A stretch of 64,000 nucleotides of DNA. Origin: an uncultured Planctomycetota bacterium. Lineage in GTDB: Bacteria; Planctomycetota; Planctomycetia; Isosphaerales; Isosphaeraceae. The notes beneath the pieces were generated by a model that saw nothing but the letters and a program-made list of their open reading frames with translations, had not been told where the DNA came from and searched no databases. Below are positions 20,260 to 32,570 of the stretch, piece by piece. The position numbers and the translations under genes are program-made. Each line of letters opens with the position of its first letter. Positions within the stretch are counted from its first letter, which is position 1. The stretch is from NCBI GenBank assembly GCA_963823665.1, contig CAWGMQ010000003.1:1184001-1248000 (forward strand), in the 5' to 3' direction.

Positions 20260-23200
20260 CTACTTCCGGTGCTCCTTCGCGGGCTTCTTGAACACCCGAT
20301 GAATCACCCTCGCACGCGCGTGGTGCTTGGGTGACTTGGTGACTACCGCTGCGCCCGAGCCATTCGCACCCGCCCAGGTCGGGCCGGAAATCGTCACCGT
20401 CACGCTCACTGTGTAGCGCCCGATCCTGGCATACGCATGACTGGCGTCCACAACGAACGTTCCGGCCCCTCCGGTGACGGCAGCCAGACTCGAATGCCCG
20501 TCCCCCCAGTTGATCGTCGCCACGAACTGCGAGGCGCTCGTTGTCATGTTGGCATCGGTGAAGCTCGCGACAGGTCCGGAAAACAAGATCTCTCGATTCA
20601 AGCTTAGCGCCGAGACGACCGCAGAAAGCACGTCGGGTTGTGGTCCTGTCTCCACCGTCACCACCGAGCTGAGCGCCGTCGCCCCTCCGGTTGACACAGC
20701 AGCAACGCAGTAACTGTACGTCGTCGAAAACGCAAGCTCCGTGTCGACAAAGTTTGTCGCGGTAACCCAAGGAGCAACAGCAGCCCAGTTCGCGCCGCTT
20801 GTGCTCCGCTCGACAATGTAATGGTTCGCCCCAAACGAGCCATTCCAGGAAAGGCCGATCTGATTCACACCCACCCGCTCCGCGAAAACGCCCGTAGGAG
20901 CCGCGAGCGCAGGAGGTGGTGGCGGCGGCGGGGGCGGAGGTGGCGGCGGGGGAGGCGGCGGCGGTAGCGGCGGCGGATCTGATCCAGTGCTCACATCAAG
21001 ATTCGCGAGATTGAAAGGATTATAGGGCTGATTTTGGTAAGACTGCTGAGCAGCCTCCGGTGCAACGACGCTTCCGTTAACAACGCCCGCATACACCTGG
21101 CCGAAAGCTCCGGTTCCTGTGGTGACCGCCCCGCTCGATCCGATCTCTTCGACCGTGTTTGCCTGCACCGTGACGACGTTCTCAGCCGGATCGACAAAAA
21201 TCGGCGAATCGGAGCCGTTGACTGTGTCGACCGCGCCCAGCGTCCAGGCGAAGCGCGGGCTGCCGTATGGGCCCGGAGCCTGCGCGCTCCAGCCGCTTCC
21301 AATCGTCACCGGCGGAGGCGAGGACGTCGCTGCGGGATTATTTCCGAAAGTTGGATACGACGTCGACCAGGCGTTCAAGAATGCCGCGTCGTATTCGAAG
21401 ACGTTTCCGGTGACTGCCGCGCTCACGAACACGCGGCCAGTTTCCGAGCTGCTCTCGACAAGTGCTTCCCAGTAATTCAGAAAGTGCTGCACGCCGACGA
21501 CAATCCCACCCACAAAGTCCCGGATCGTGTTACCTTGCACCACCGTCCCCAGGTCCGGAAGCGCCGTCCAGCCCTCCGGAAGCGGAAACGCCCCCGTGCC
21601 GGAAGCCGCCGAAAGGACGAGCGACGTCACCGAGATGGCGGTCTGCGTGTAGACAGGGCTGCCGCTTGATCCGCCAACAAAGTCGTTGCCCGTGACCTGC
21701 GTACCGTAGTCCGCCCCATTCAGAACCAGTCCAATAGACGACTTGCCCGCCAGGTCGATCTGATTCTTTTCAAAAGAATTATTCACAAAACCACTTGTCA
21801 CTTCGACGATGTAGTATCCGCCGGCCGGCGCGGGGGGCAACGGATCTTCCATGAGCAGCTCGATCGTGTTGTTCGCGCTCAAGCTCACTTGCAGAGCCAC
21901 GCGAAACCACTGGCCGGCTGGGCTCGAATCGCTCACGCCGCCGGGCCCTGCTTCGCCAAGAATCGAGACGACGAGTCCTGGCCCCGTCGAGCCGGCGGCG
22001 ACCCACGCCCTCACGTCGGGCAAGACGAGCAGCCGGCCGTCAGCCGAGGTCGCGCCGGGCCTTCCCTCGAACAAGACACCATAAGAGGCTCTCGGCCAGC
22101 ATGACCTCCGGATCGTTGATGCCGGCAAACCCTCCGCTCGAGACCGAGTAGGTAACCTCGTTGCCGGTCGCCCCGGCGCCACCGCCGAATGTGTTGCTCT
22201 GGATGACGTTGTCGTAGCCAGAGACCGCCAGCGCGACAAGCCGGAACTCTCGTCCTGACGGGTCGGACTGTGTGACCGTGTTCCCCTCGATCGTCACGTC
22301 GTGCGCCGAGTGGAGCGCAAAAGCAGCCGCCGAGTACGTCTCGGGCATCGACCCGCTGACCTTGTTCCCGCTGATCGTCCACGGCCCGCCGTACAGCTCG
22401 ATCGATCCTCCCTGAAAACTCGAGTTCGAGATCGTGCCGGTGTCGAGGTCATTGGTTCGCACCAGGTCGATGGCCAGCTCACCCGCATAGACAGCGCCCG
22501 AGCCCACACTTTCGCCCGCCTGTGACGAGAGCGTGGCAAATGACGAACCGTCAAAAGCAGGCGGGCCATCGATCTGCATGCTGTCGAGGACAAGCGATGT
22601 CAGGTTCAGATTGGTGTTGGAGTCTCGCGTATCGATCACCGCGTGCACGATTCCGGCGGGGTTGTTTTCGGGATCAAAAAGCGCCGGCCCGGCCCCGACA
22701 GGGTTGCTCCAACGAATCGGATCGCTCATGTCGAATGCGATGGTGAAGCCCGACAGTGTGAGCTGGATGTTTGTATAAGCCGGTGCATTCACGTAGATGG
22801 CTCCGGACGCGCTCGCCGGCCACGGCGCGCTCGAGCCCTGCTGAAAGAGCAAGGTCGAGTTGTTGCCGATGATCGCAACCGAATGAGTGATCTCCAGCGG
22901 CTGCGTCACGATGATCGTCGTGTTCGCCGGCAGATCGATCGTGTCGTATTCCGGGCTGGTGGAAGCAAGCAAGGCTCGAAGCTCGGCCTCGGTCGAGGGT
23001 GCCGGGCTGGGAGCCGGTTGGCTGTTCAAGGAATTCGCCCGCGCTGATACGTTCCAGTCGCCCCCCGCGAACGTGGTCGTGTAAACGCTGGACACACCGG
23101 GCACGAGAGTCAGCAACGTCATATCGGGTGAACTCGAGCCGCTCGGAGGCGCCTCATCTCGTCCGGGAGGAAAGTACAGATCGACCACGTTGTTTGTGCC

Positions 23201-23944
23201 CGTCCTGAGCGAAGCGTACACATGGTTGTGCCCCACCGTGGCGGCCGTGCTGTCCCAGGCGAGACCCGCTTGATCACCGAGCTCCCAGACCACCTGACTG
23301 AATGTCGACTGATCGAATGCTAGACCGCTCGTCGCCGTGGCCACCAGATGCACAAACCCTTGCTCGTAATACTGACCCGTTCCGTCCTGACCCAGGTCGA
23401 CCACTTGGATTGCATTCACAACGTTGGCGGGCACAGCCGGCTCTGGCATGGGATCCGTAGCGGAAACCAGGCCCGATACCGGGACAGTCACCGTCTCGGG
23501 ATCGAGCTGTGCTTGGTAGTCAATCGTCACTGTCAGGTTCATGCCGTTCGAGAGCGAAATCAGTCTCCCCGTCGAACCGCCCAGCGGCAGAGTGCCGCCT
23601 GGGGAAGGAAGGTCGCTTCTGACCTGGGGGTTCAAATAGAGGTCACCGGCTCCCGCGCTGGATGAAGGAAAATACTCGGCGAGGGCCGCCCCGGTGGGGT
23701 CCGGAGCGGTCGCCCACTCGAATCCTCCCGCGGCCTGGACGCCAATCTGCTCCACCGTGCCGGCCAGACCCGTGATGTGGAGATGGAGATCCTGGATCCC
23801 GTCGGGCCCCTGCGATGCATCTGGCCCAACAAGGTCCACGCCGTCTTGTCCCAGCGAACTCACGTTCGCTAGAAGTCTGCGCGATTCAAGGCACGTGATT
23901 CTTGGAAGGAACCGGCGCCTAAATCCAGGTGTCACACGGGCCAT
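20260..23944 (-). CDS. Secreted ~1,230-aa protein: planctomycete N-terminal motif, probable right-handed beta-helix, poly-Pro linker, FN3 and PKD-like domains (apparent +1 insertion near 22087)
   Basis: CLESRRLLA; parallel-beta-like xIxGNxx repeats; Pro run at ~20910-20975; LSWN..YIVERS..YSYCVAA (FN3); INWGDG..HAY..GRYTV (PKD-like). Removing one base joins the two ORFs. Confidence 0.75.
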
Positions 23945-24179
23945 CGGAGATCTTCGTGGTTCGCGGGTGCACGTCCGTGCGAGACGGGTCCGACGAATCC
24001 TTCCGAAGAACTCTAGGTTGGAACTTGAATCTTTCTCCCAGAATCCGGGAGGGATCTACTGATTACAAGGCGATTATTCCCGAATGCGTTCTGGAACAAT
24101 CGTTGCAATCGGAATGGGCCTCAAGGTCGTGCCAGACCAGCACCTGGCCAGACGATCACGACAGGCCCACAGGCGCAAT

Positions 24180-25673
24180 CTAAGGCCGGGATTGCGCCTT
24201 CCGATTCCGCGCCAGCCGGCTTGGGGTCGCCCGCAGTTTCGCGCCCAGAAGCGCCATCTCGCGCGGCAAGTGGCGCGAGCCGGCCAGCAGAACGCTTCCG
24301 GCGATGAGAAGCGCGGGCACGACGACGAGCATCGCAGCCGTCAAGTTCTGGGGGTCGAGGCCCGGCCGGGCCGCCGGTTGAGCTCCGAGCCTTTCGAGTG
24401 CCTGTCCAAATCCGGTGGCCATGGCGTCCCTCTGGCCGAACGTGTCGGCCACCCAGCCCATCAGAGTCGGCGACCAGATGGCTCCCAGAAGATTGACGGC
24501 CGCGAGGGCGACCCCGCAGCCGACGCCGCGCATGTTGGGCATCGTCACGCTCGAGATGATGGTGTAACAGGGCACGATGTTCAGGAACGTCGCGCCAATG
24601 GCCAGCGTCAACCCCCCGAAAATCGATGGCGCCCAGAGTGAATAGACCGCGACCAGAACGCACAAGATCGCGCCGAACATCGCTACCCCGGGAACGATGA
24701 AGAGTGCACGGACATTCCGCCGCGACGACCACCCCGCGAGCAGTCCTCCTGCCAGCGTCCCCACGATCGCCGCACCCAGAAAGCTGATCCCCAGCGTGGG
24801 ATCGACCAGGGCGTCCGGCAGACCCTTGGCCACCGTCAGGAAGGCCCGCGACCAGTACATGAGCCCAGCGAGCGCGAACGACGAAAACGTGATGCCAAAG
24901 AGTGAATATGTGTATGACGAGTTGACCATCAAGTCCGTGTAGTCCTCGGCGCTGGCACCAACCTTTTCGTGGAGCCGAACCCGCTCGATGTCGACTCCCT
25001 CGCTCAATCCACGCGTCGGGTCGGGGAAAACCAGCGCCACCAGTGCCAGCAGCAAGCCCGGCGCCCCTGTGACCAGGAACGCCAACTGCCAGTTCGTCTG
25101 GCTCGCAAGCGCTGCACCAAAGCTGAGCGCCAGCGCCGCTCCCGCCGGAACGGCCAGGAAATAAACGCACAGGGCGCGCGGGCGTCGAGTGCGAGGAAAC
25201 AGGTCCATGATGAGCGCGAGCCCGATCACGGCCGAGATCGCACTGCCGACACCGACCAGCACACGCGCCGCCAGCAACTGCTCGTTCGTACGCCCTAGCC
25301 CGGTCGAAACCGTTGCCAGGCTCCAGAGCGCAAACCCCAGCGCCAGCAATCTCGGCCTTCTGAACCGGTCGACCACATAGCCGATCAGCGGGCTTGAAAT
25401 CGCCAGGGAAAGCAGCACCACCGTTGGCAGCCAGCCAGCTTGGCTATCGGAGAGATCAAGCTTGGAACGCATCTCGGGCAAGACCGCAGCAAGCAGCCAG
25501 TGATCAGCGGAATCGAGCAAGTTCATCGTACTGACGAGGACCAGAACACCCCAGGCCCAACGCGGCGCACCAGGAGCCACCGCTGGCGAATCTCCAGCGT
25601 CGGTTGCCTCACGGGCCCGTCTTGCGTCCAGAGGCGCTGGGTCAAATCCGGAAGCCTCGCTGACTCGATCCAC
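24180..25673 (-). CDS. MFS transporter (spinster-like)
   Basis: NLLDSADHW, GYVVDRFRRPRLL and ARVLVGVG; about 12 TM segments. Start position is uncertain. Confidence 0.8.
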   Translation of the reverse strand: MDRVSEASGFDPAPLDARRAREATDAGDSPAVAPGAPRWAWGVLVLVSTMNLLDSADHWLLAAVLPEMRSKLDLSDSQAGWLPTVVLLSLAISSPLIGYVVDRFRRPRLLALGFALWSLATVSTGLGRTNEQLLAARVLVGVGSAISAVIGLALIMDLFPRTRRPRALCVYFLAVPAGAALALSFGAALASQTNWQLAFLVTGAPGLLLALVALVFPDPTRGLSEGVDIERVRLHEKVGASAEDYTDLMVNSSYTYSLFGITFSSFALAGLMYWSRAFLTVAKGLPDALVDPTLGISFLGAAIVGTLAGGLLAGWSSRRNVRALFIVPGVAMFGAILCVLVAVYSLWAPSIFGGLTLAIGATFLNIVPCYTIISSVTMPNMRGVGCGVALAAVNLLGAIWSPTLMGWVADTFGQRDAMATGFGQALERLGAQPAARPGLDPQNLTAAMLVVVPALLIAGSVLLAGSRHLPREMALLGAKLRATPSRLARNRKAQSRP

Positions 25674-25867
25674 GACGATGCAGCTCCGAGAAGGCCGCTT
25701 CACACTCTCGAAATGGGCAATGAAAGCGATGTTACGCAGCCGGCGCGCGGCCCGTCCAGAGTCCAGTGCAGACGAGGTCGAGCAGCCACTACACCAGCGT
25801 GGCCGCCTCATGCGTGACGAAACCTGGCGATTCTCGAGCGCTCGCGCACTCGTCACTCACAAAATCG

Positions 25868-28145
25868 CTACCTCTGTGCCAGCCCCGATGGCACCCGCTT
25901 CCGGTGAAGCACGCGATACTCCTGCGCAAATTCGGTCACTTCGAGCGCCTGGTCCGCGGCGATGTCATGAAAGACCTGGGTCGTGCCCGAGGTCGGCCAG
26001 TGAATCTCCACGAGCGCGACCTTCTCCGCCTTCGCCAGGCCGATGTGTTGCTCGAGCGGATTGGCTCCCCAGCTACTGCCGGAGGTCACGTGCCGGTACA
26101 CCGAGAGCGGGTGATCGCCGCTGGTCACCACCTTGATCCGCGCCGAGCGCCGCGCGATTCGTCTTCACACCCTTTAGCTTGAGCGACAGCCAGTGATTCC
26201 CCTGACCGGGATTCTCGAAGAGTATATCGTGGTACCGGTCACCTGGGCTGGCACCGCCCATCTCGATGAAAATGTCAAGGTCGCCGTCGCGGTCCCAGTC
26301 GGCACACGAGACACCGTGGCCTTTCTGAAGATGGCCGGTTCCAGAGGAAGCCGTGATCTCGGCAAACCGACGGCCGTCCACATTCTTGAACATGCGATTG
26401 GGAACCACGATGCCTAGGTCCGGCGCTCCCGTGCCCAGATAGAAGTCAAGCCACCCATCATTGTCGAAATCGCCGAAATTGCATCCCATCGTCGCGAACA
26501 CCAGGTCGAGCCCCGCCTCCTTCGTCTTGTTCTCGAATCTCTGCCCGTGCACATTGTGCCACAGCCGGTTCGAGGCACGCCTGTGCGGCTTGCCCGACAT
26601 CCCGTTTACCACGTCGCTCGTCGAGTGGTCGAAGCTGGTGGCGAACAGATCGAGCCATCCATCGTTGTCGTAGTCCCACGCCCAGCAAGAAAACCCGACC
26701 ATCGGTCCGTCGATCCCCATCGACTCGGTAATATCTTTAAACGTGCCGTTCCGGTTGTTGTGATAGAGCTTCGGGGTGCTGTTCAAGCGGTCGACAAACA
26801 GATCAGGGAAATCGTCGTTGTCGTAGTCAATCCAGTTTGCTCCTTTGCAATACGACCCGGGGTCGCCTTGCACGCCCAGCTTCGAGGCCACTTCCTTGAA
26901 CGTTCCATCGCCTCGGTTGTGATACAGCCGGCTCGGTTGCTGTTCGCAGATGATGTACACGTCGATCCAGCCGTCGTTATCGTAGTCCGCCCAGCTCGAG
27001 TTGGTGGAATTGAGTCCGTCTCGAAACCCCGACGATTCGGTCATGTCGCTGAACGTGCCGTCGCCGTTGTTTCGCAACAGGCTTTGGCGGATCGGGCTGC
27101 GCAGCCACGCACCGCGCGAAATGAAAAGATCCATTTGGCCGTCATTGTTGAAATCAGTCTGAACCAGGTTCTTCCCGCCAAGCTGCGCGGAAAGGCCCGC
27201 CGACGCCGTCACGTCCTGGAAAGTCCCGTCGCCCTGGTTATGGTAAAACGCCATCGGCACCGTCGCGTCAAACGAAGTCGTCGCCAGATCGAGCAAGCCA
27301 TCATTATCAAAGTCTTCCATCACGGCCCCGCCCGCCATGTTGAATCGGTCAACCTTGGCCGCGTGGCCGACATCCCGAAACTTGCCGATGTTGAACTCGG
27401 ACCGGAGAAATGGCTCGATCGAGATCAGATGCCTGGGATCGACCTTGTCCGGATACTCGCCCACCGTCATGTGCGCCAGATTAAGCAGCCACCGCACGTC
27501 GCCGTCATCCGGGAATCGCTCCAGATACTCCGTGAAATGGCCGATCGCAAGCCGGGAGCCCGTCTCGTCCGTGTGTACAGCCGCCGCCGCGATTGGCAGA
27601 ATGCACGAGCTCTCGCCCCGGCACATCACGCAGTTGTCCGTCTCACCGCGCCGCAGTGCACTCACTCCCTGTATATAAATAAGCGTGTATGTCGCGAGTT
27701 CCGCCAGCATATCGTCTTTCTCGGCGATCGCCCGCGCTTCTGCCGCCACCTCGTAAGCACGCTTCGGCTCTCCTTCGAAATGGAGCAAGAACGCCTTGTC
27801 TGCCATCAATTTCATTCGTTGCACGCCGGGCAGCCCCGGCCCCGCCAGCTCCGAGTCGATCTCCCCGATGCGCCGCGCGGGAGTTTCTCGCCAGATGTCG
27901 GCAATCGCCGCCAGCGTCTCGTCGCGCTTCCACTTCGGTAGACTGTCCACGAACGTCGTGAAGCCACTGGTATCCAGCCCAGCCCCCCGCCGCTGGTATC
28001 TCAAATCGCGAGCCGTGGCGGGCCGCGCATGCAGACCGTGCGAGGAGCGCACCAGCACGAATAACCCAATGCCCATCGCCACCGCCACGCATGCCAGTAT
28101 TCCCAGCACCACGCGTTTCGAGGATGGACTACGCGACGCTCTCAT
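25868..28145 (-). CDS. CRTAC1-family FG-GAP repeat protein with ASPIC/UnbV domain (apparent frameshift near 26140)
   Basis: Repeated D(F/Y)(D/N)NDG.LD FG-GAP motifs and GHLQKGHGVS. The ASPIC tail (GSSWGANPLEQHIGL...EIHWP) lies in ORF 25868..26131. Confidence 0.88.
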
Positions 28146-28436
28146 GTTGATTCCCCGCAACAATGTGGTGCTGTAAACCCGAGGTCGGCCAGTTGACCTG
28201 CACACTTCGTGATGCGGTCCAGCCGGCTTCGCCCAACGCGCGCAAAACTCACCCTCGCCGCAACGCAACCCCAGCGCCGGTCAGAACTAAGGAATTCGTA
28301 TTCAAGTGCAAAAAGCGTACAAATGGGCGCGAAGGTTTGAAAATCGCCCTTTCGAAACCCAGTTGGCCCGATCAGGCGCGCACGACCCCTAATTAGTTAG
28401 TGCGTCGCCAAACGAGCCTTCGGCCCGGCATTTCGC

Positions 28437-31400
28437 TCACTTCGGATTTCTTAACGTTTCGAGATAGGCGATCAGGTCGGCGAAATCCTGCGGGCTCAAT
28501 CCCTGCGCCAGCCCGTTGGGCATCACAGAGACTTCGCTCCGCTTCCGATCCTCGACCAATGACTTCGCGACCCGGATCGTCTTGGCATCAGCGTCCTGGA
28601 TTTCGACCGAGTCGGCCGTCTCGTTACGCACGATTCCCGTGAGCACGCGCCCGTCCGCCAGCGCCAGGGTGCTCGGCTCGTAGCCCGAGGAGATCTTGGC
28701 AGACGGGAACAGGACCGAGGCAATCAGCTCGTCGCGCGGATACTTCGCACCCACGCTCGACAGCTCGGGACCGACCGTCCCTCCTCCTTCCTTGCCGACC
28801 GAGTGGCACTTGATGCACGCCAGGCCTTTCAAGTCGCTGAAGAGACTCCGCCCGCGCGTGGCACTCCCCTGCCCTTTTAAAGCCATCGAGCGATAAGCCT
28901 CCGGGTTGAAGGTCTCTCGCGCCGGAGCTTTCAAAAACGCATGTTCGACCGCGCTCGTCACGGCAACCGCGAATTGCCAGCCGCCCCCTCGATTGCCGCA
29001 CCGAATCACCACGCGATTCGCCCCGCGCACAATCGGCACATCGAATCGGGCCTGCTCGTGCTCGAACCCGCGGCGATCCGCGAAGTCGTACACTTTCTTG
29101 CCGTTGAGCCACACCGTCAGTGTGTCGTCCGAGCCGACCACCATCTGGGCATTGCGTTCGATCGGGCTCTCGAATGTGGCCAGCGCGAACGCCGCTCGAT
29201 CATCGTCATGGGTAAGAAACCGTCCCAGATCGATTTGCCCCCGCGAATCGACGGCCTCCGCCGAACGCCAGCTCACTCGCCTCCCCTCGAACCCGCTCCA
29301 GCTCGCCTTGACGTCAATCGGCTTCTCCACATCAAAGCCCGGCCCCTGATCAAATGCGAATGGACCAAGCACATGCCACTTCATCACCGGCTCGAGCCCG
29401 GTATAAATCAAACGTAGCTCAGGCATCGCTTCCGCCGGCAGCTCATGCCGGACCGCAAGCTGGTCGAGCACCGCAGCCGCTTGATCGCGAATGCTCTCGA
29501 TCGCCGCCGCCGAAGCCTTCCTCAAATCGGTGCTCTTGTCGGTCAATCCACGAAGGTAGACCTGCAACGCGCGGATATCCGGCAGCGCCGCCAGCGCCAG
29601 CGACGCCTCGAATCGCGATGCCGGCGTCTCCGCCGCCGTGATCAAGGATACAACGGCCTCGCGATCACCGAGCGAGCCGGCCGCGGCAATCGCCCGATTG
29701 CGAACCTCGACTGCCGCGTCGCTTCGGCAAGGCGCGATCGCCCGCGTCACCTCGTCACGGGTTCGATCGTTCTTCGCCGCGCCACGCGTGTTCGACACGA
29801 TCGCAACCAGAGCGTCGATCGACGCCGACTTCACCGCCGGCGATGCTTCCTTGAGTGTATCGACCAGCGGCTTGATCGCCGATGGATCCTTCAGCCGTCC
29901 AAGCGCAGCAATCACCCGCGGCTTCCGCTCGGCGCTGAAGCTCTTCTGCCCCAGCAGCCCCGCCAGCGCAATCGCCGCCTTCTTCGAGCCGATCATCTCC
30001 ACGGCCTCGAGCACAGCGTCGCGCAGCGGCTGCTCCGAGCGAGGATCACGCAGCGCCGCCGTCAGCAAGTCGAGCGCCTCGGTATCCGCCATCTTGCCCA
30101 GCCCCAGCACGATCGCTCGCTTCACGCTCGCGTCTCGCTCTTCCCGGAACCGCATGCGCAGAATGCCCCGTGAATCCCGGTTGTCGGTCTTGACCACAGC
30201 GTCGACCGCCGCCAATCGCACCCCGGCCGCACGATCAGTCAGAAGCTCGCGCAACGTGGCCATCACCCGCGGCGTACCCTCCCACGCAATCGTCTTGGCT
30301 GGCGGCTTCCGGCTCGCGGGCTGCGTCCCCCACCAGTGCCCGTCCCATGGAACCGCCTTGCGATGGACCTCGGCCAGGTAGGCAATAGCGAGACTTCGTT
30401 CCTCGAGAGATCGCTTCGACGACGACGCAAACGCGGCCAGCTCGCCCGCAGCGCGCACGTCATAGACTTGCTCCATCGCAAGCAAAACGCCGGCTCGAAT
30501 TCTCGGATCCCCCGAATCGAAGCCTTTGGCCGCAGCGCCCCAGTCGCCGATGCGCTTGAGCGCCTGACGAGCCGAATAGGCGAGGTACACATCACTCTCG
30601 GCCAGAACCGGCAGCAAGGCCGGAATCGCCTCCGCCTGCCCGATCCGCCCCAGCGCAATCGTCGCTTGCAGCTTGACGGCCGCATCCCGGTCTCGCAGCA
30701 GCCGCTCGAGCGCCTCGCGTGCCATCGCAAGGGGCACGCCTCGCTCGCCCAGCGCGCGCGCCGCCTGGGCGCGCAGGTCAGGTACCTCTGACTTGAGCAG
30801 CTCCGCGAGCGGGTACGTTGCCTCCGGCGTCGCGCCCGCCAGCGCATCCACAACCCACAGCAAGTGCCGTTTGGCGAGCGGCTCGGTCTTCGGGCTCCCG
30901 AGCGCCGCGGTCACGGAAACGAGTGCTTTCTTGCCCTGTCGCAGAAGCGCCGCTTGAGCCCGGATCCTCTCATGATAAGCCGGATGATCAAGCTGGCGAA
31001 TTTGCGCTTCGACCGGGTCGCCGTCCTGGCCGCGCGGACGAGTCTTGACGGCATCCGCTCCCGCAAACGTCACTGCATACACCCGCCCCAGCTTTTCGGT
31101 CTTGTTGCCCCAGCTTCCCAGCGACCAGTCGGCGATGTACATCGTTTTTCCGTCGTGGCTGAACGCCACGTCGAGCGGGCGAAAGCTATCCACCGATCCG
31201 GCCTCGACGAAGTCGATCTTCTCGGCAATCTTGAAGCTCGCACCTTGCGGCGCGAACCGGAACGCCCGCACAACTCGCTGGCCCCACTCGGCCCAGAAAA
31301 GGCAGCCGCGGTACTTTTCCGGCCAGACGTCGTCGCCGTAGAAATCGCCGCCGCACGGCGAGCCGCCGCCAAATTCGGCAATCCGCGGCAGCATGCGATC

Positions 31401-32219
31401 GGTCCGTGTGTGATAGTCGTGCGGATACCCGAAATAACCACCGTCGACGTGATAGGTCACCCGTGTCCACCACCCCAGGCCGTCGTCGGTGTTGTCGTAA
31501 GTAAAGAGGTTGTCGCGGTCGTCGAGGTTTGGCTCCAGATGGTTGCGTGTTCCCGTCGAATAGACCTCGAGCCCCGTGCCATCGAGCCGGCAGCGCAAGA
31601 CCCCGCCTCCCACCACCTGCGCAGTTCGCCCATCGGGCCCCGTGGCCTCGGGCACCCCTTTGTCGCCGACGGAGACATAAAGGTATCCATCGAGCCCGAT
31701 CTTGAGGCCCGAGACGATGTGGTCGTTGAAATCATTCGGTGTGCCCGCAGGCACGCCCATGTTGGTGAAGATCTCTTTGCGCTCGTCCGCTTTGCCGTCG
31801 CCGTCCTTGTCGCGCAGAACGGTGAGATTCGGCATGTTCATGACATAAAGTGCTCCGTCGTGCCACACCATGCCGAAGACCGCGTTCAGCTTGTCGGCGA
31901 AGACGACGGGGTCCTTGCCGTCACGAAAGAGCAGGATGCGGTCAATCGGCTTCGTGGCCGGTCCGACCTGGTCCATCGGATCTTCGCCCACAAACAGCGA
32001 CCCATCGGGCGCCGTGGCCACCTGGCACGGATACTGCACCGCCGGCACAGTCGCAACCAGGCGAATCTTGAAGCCTTCCGGCACCTTGGGCAGGTCCGCT
32101 CGCGCCGGCACGGAAGAAGCGCATATGGCGATAGTGCACAACACGGCCAGCGCCACGGCGGCGCGCCACGCCTGGTGGCGGCGAGTGATAAAGCAGTGCA
32201 TCAGCGGGTGATTCCTCAT
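28437..32219 (-). CDS. PVC-type heme-binding CxxCH protein (dehydrogenase-like propeller, HEAT repeats, cytochrome c)
   Basis: LPKVPEGFKIRLVA, DKDGDGKAD, GLDGYLYVSVGD, many HEAT-like repeats, CIKCH, GPELS and MPNGL. Confidence 0.9.
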   Translation of the reverse strand: MRNHPLMHCFITRRHQAWRAAVALAVLCTIAICASSVPARADLPKVPEGFKIRLVATVPAVQYPCQVATAPDGSLFVGEDPMDQVGPATKPIDRILLFRDGKDPVVFADKLNAVFGMVWHDGALYVMNMPNLTVLRDKDGDGKADERKEIFTNMGVPAGTPNDFNDHIVSGLKIGLDGYLYVSVGDKGVPEATGPDGRTAQVVGGGVLRCRLDGTGLEVYSTGTRNHLEPNLDDRDNLFTYDNTDDGLGWWTRVTYHVDGGYFGYPHDYHTRTDRMLPRIAEFGGGSPCGGDFYGDDVWPEKYRGCLFWAEWGQRVVRAFRFAPQGASFKIAEKIDFVEAGSVDSFRPLDVAFSHDGKTMYIADWSLGSWGNKTEKLGRVYAVTFAGADAVKTRPRGQDGDPVEAQIRQLDHPAYHERIRAQAALLRQGKKALVSVTAALGSPKTEPLAKRHLLWVVDALAGATPEATYPLAELLKSEVPDLRAQAARALGERGVPLAMAREALERLLRDRDAAVKLQATIALGRIGQAEAIPALLPVLAESDVYLAYSARQALKRIGDWGAAAKGFDSGDPRIRAGVLLAMEQVYDVRAAGELAAFASSSKRSLEERSLAIAYLAEVHRKAVPWDGHWWGTQPASRKPPAKTIAWEGTPRVMATLRELLTDRAAGVRLAAVDAVVKTDNRDSRGILRMRFREERDASVKRAIVLGLGKMADTEALDLLTAALRDPRSEQPLRDAVLEAVEMIGSKKAAIALAGLLGQKSFSAERKPRVIAALGRLKDPSAIKPLVDTLKEASPAVKSASIDALVAIVSNTRGAAKNDRTRDEVTRAIAPCRSDAAVEVRNRAIAAAGSLGDREAVVSLITAAETPASRFEASLALAALPDIRALQVYLRGLTDKSTDLRKASAAAIESIRDQAAAVLDQLAVRHELPAEAMPELRLIYTGLEPVMKWHVLGPFAFDQGPGFDVEKPIDVKASWSGFEGRRVSWRSAEAVDSRGQIDLGRFLTHDDDRAAFALATFESPIERNAQMVVGSDDTLTVWLNGKKVYDFADRRGFEHEQARFDVPIVRGANRVVIRCGNRGGGWQFAVAVTSAVEHAFLKAPARETFNPEAYRSMALKGQGSATRGRSLFSDLKGLACIKCHSVGKEGGGTVGPELSSVGAKYPRDELIASVLFPSAKISSGYEPSTLALADGRVLTGIVRNETADSVEIQDADAKTIRVAKSLVEDRKRSEVSVMPNGLAQGLSPQDFADLIAYLETLRNPK

Positions 32220-32570
32220 TCCTCGCGGTGTGCGTTCGGCGGGAGACGAATGAACGCGACCGGCACGTCCATCCGTCAGGCAATGCAGGATGGTCAACTT
32301 GCGGCAGGCAATCCGATTATAGACCCACGCATCCAAACACTGCAACCTGAGGCGATACGCCGGCATCGCCAGAGATCGGATGGTACGAAATGGTAATATC
32401 TGGTAAGAAATTAAAGAAATCCGACTTCCCCCCACTCGCGGATCTCAGTCCCTGCCAAGGCTTTGCGTCGCTTGCCCGACGCAAGAGGCGGCAAAGCGTT
32501 ACCATCGCCCCACTCGCGGTTCGCCGGCGGCCCGCTTGTCTCGCGTGTTGAGAGTCGCTCGACCGCACCA

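Noticed and set aside
32445..32510. c-di-GMP-I riboswitch (GGCAAG...GACGCAAAGCC on the minus strand)
   Set aside because: The GNRA-capped P2 stem and the P3 receptor elements are missing; only a simple hairpin is present.
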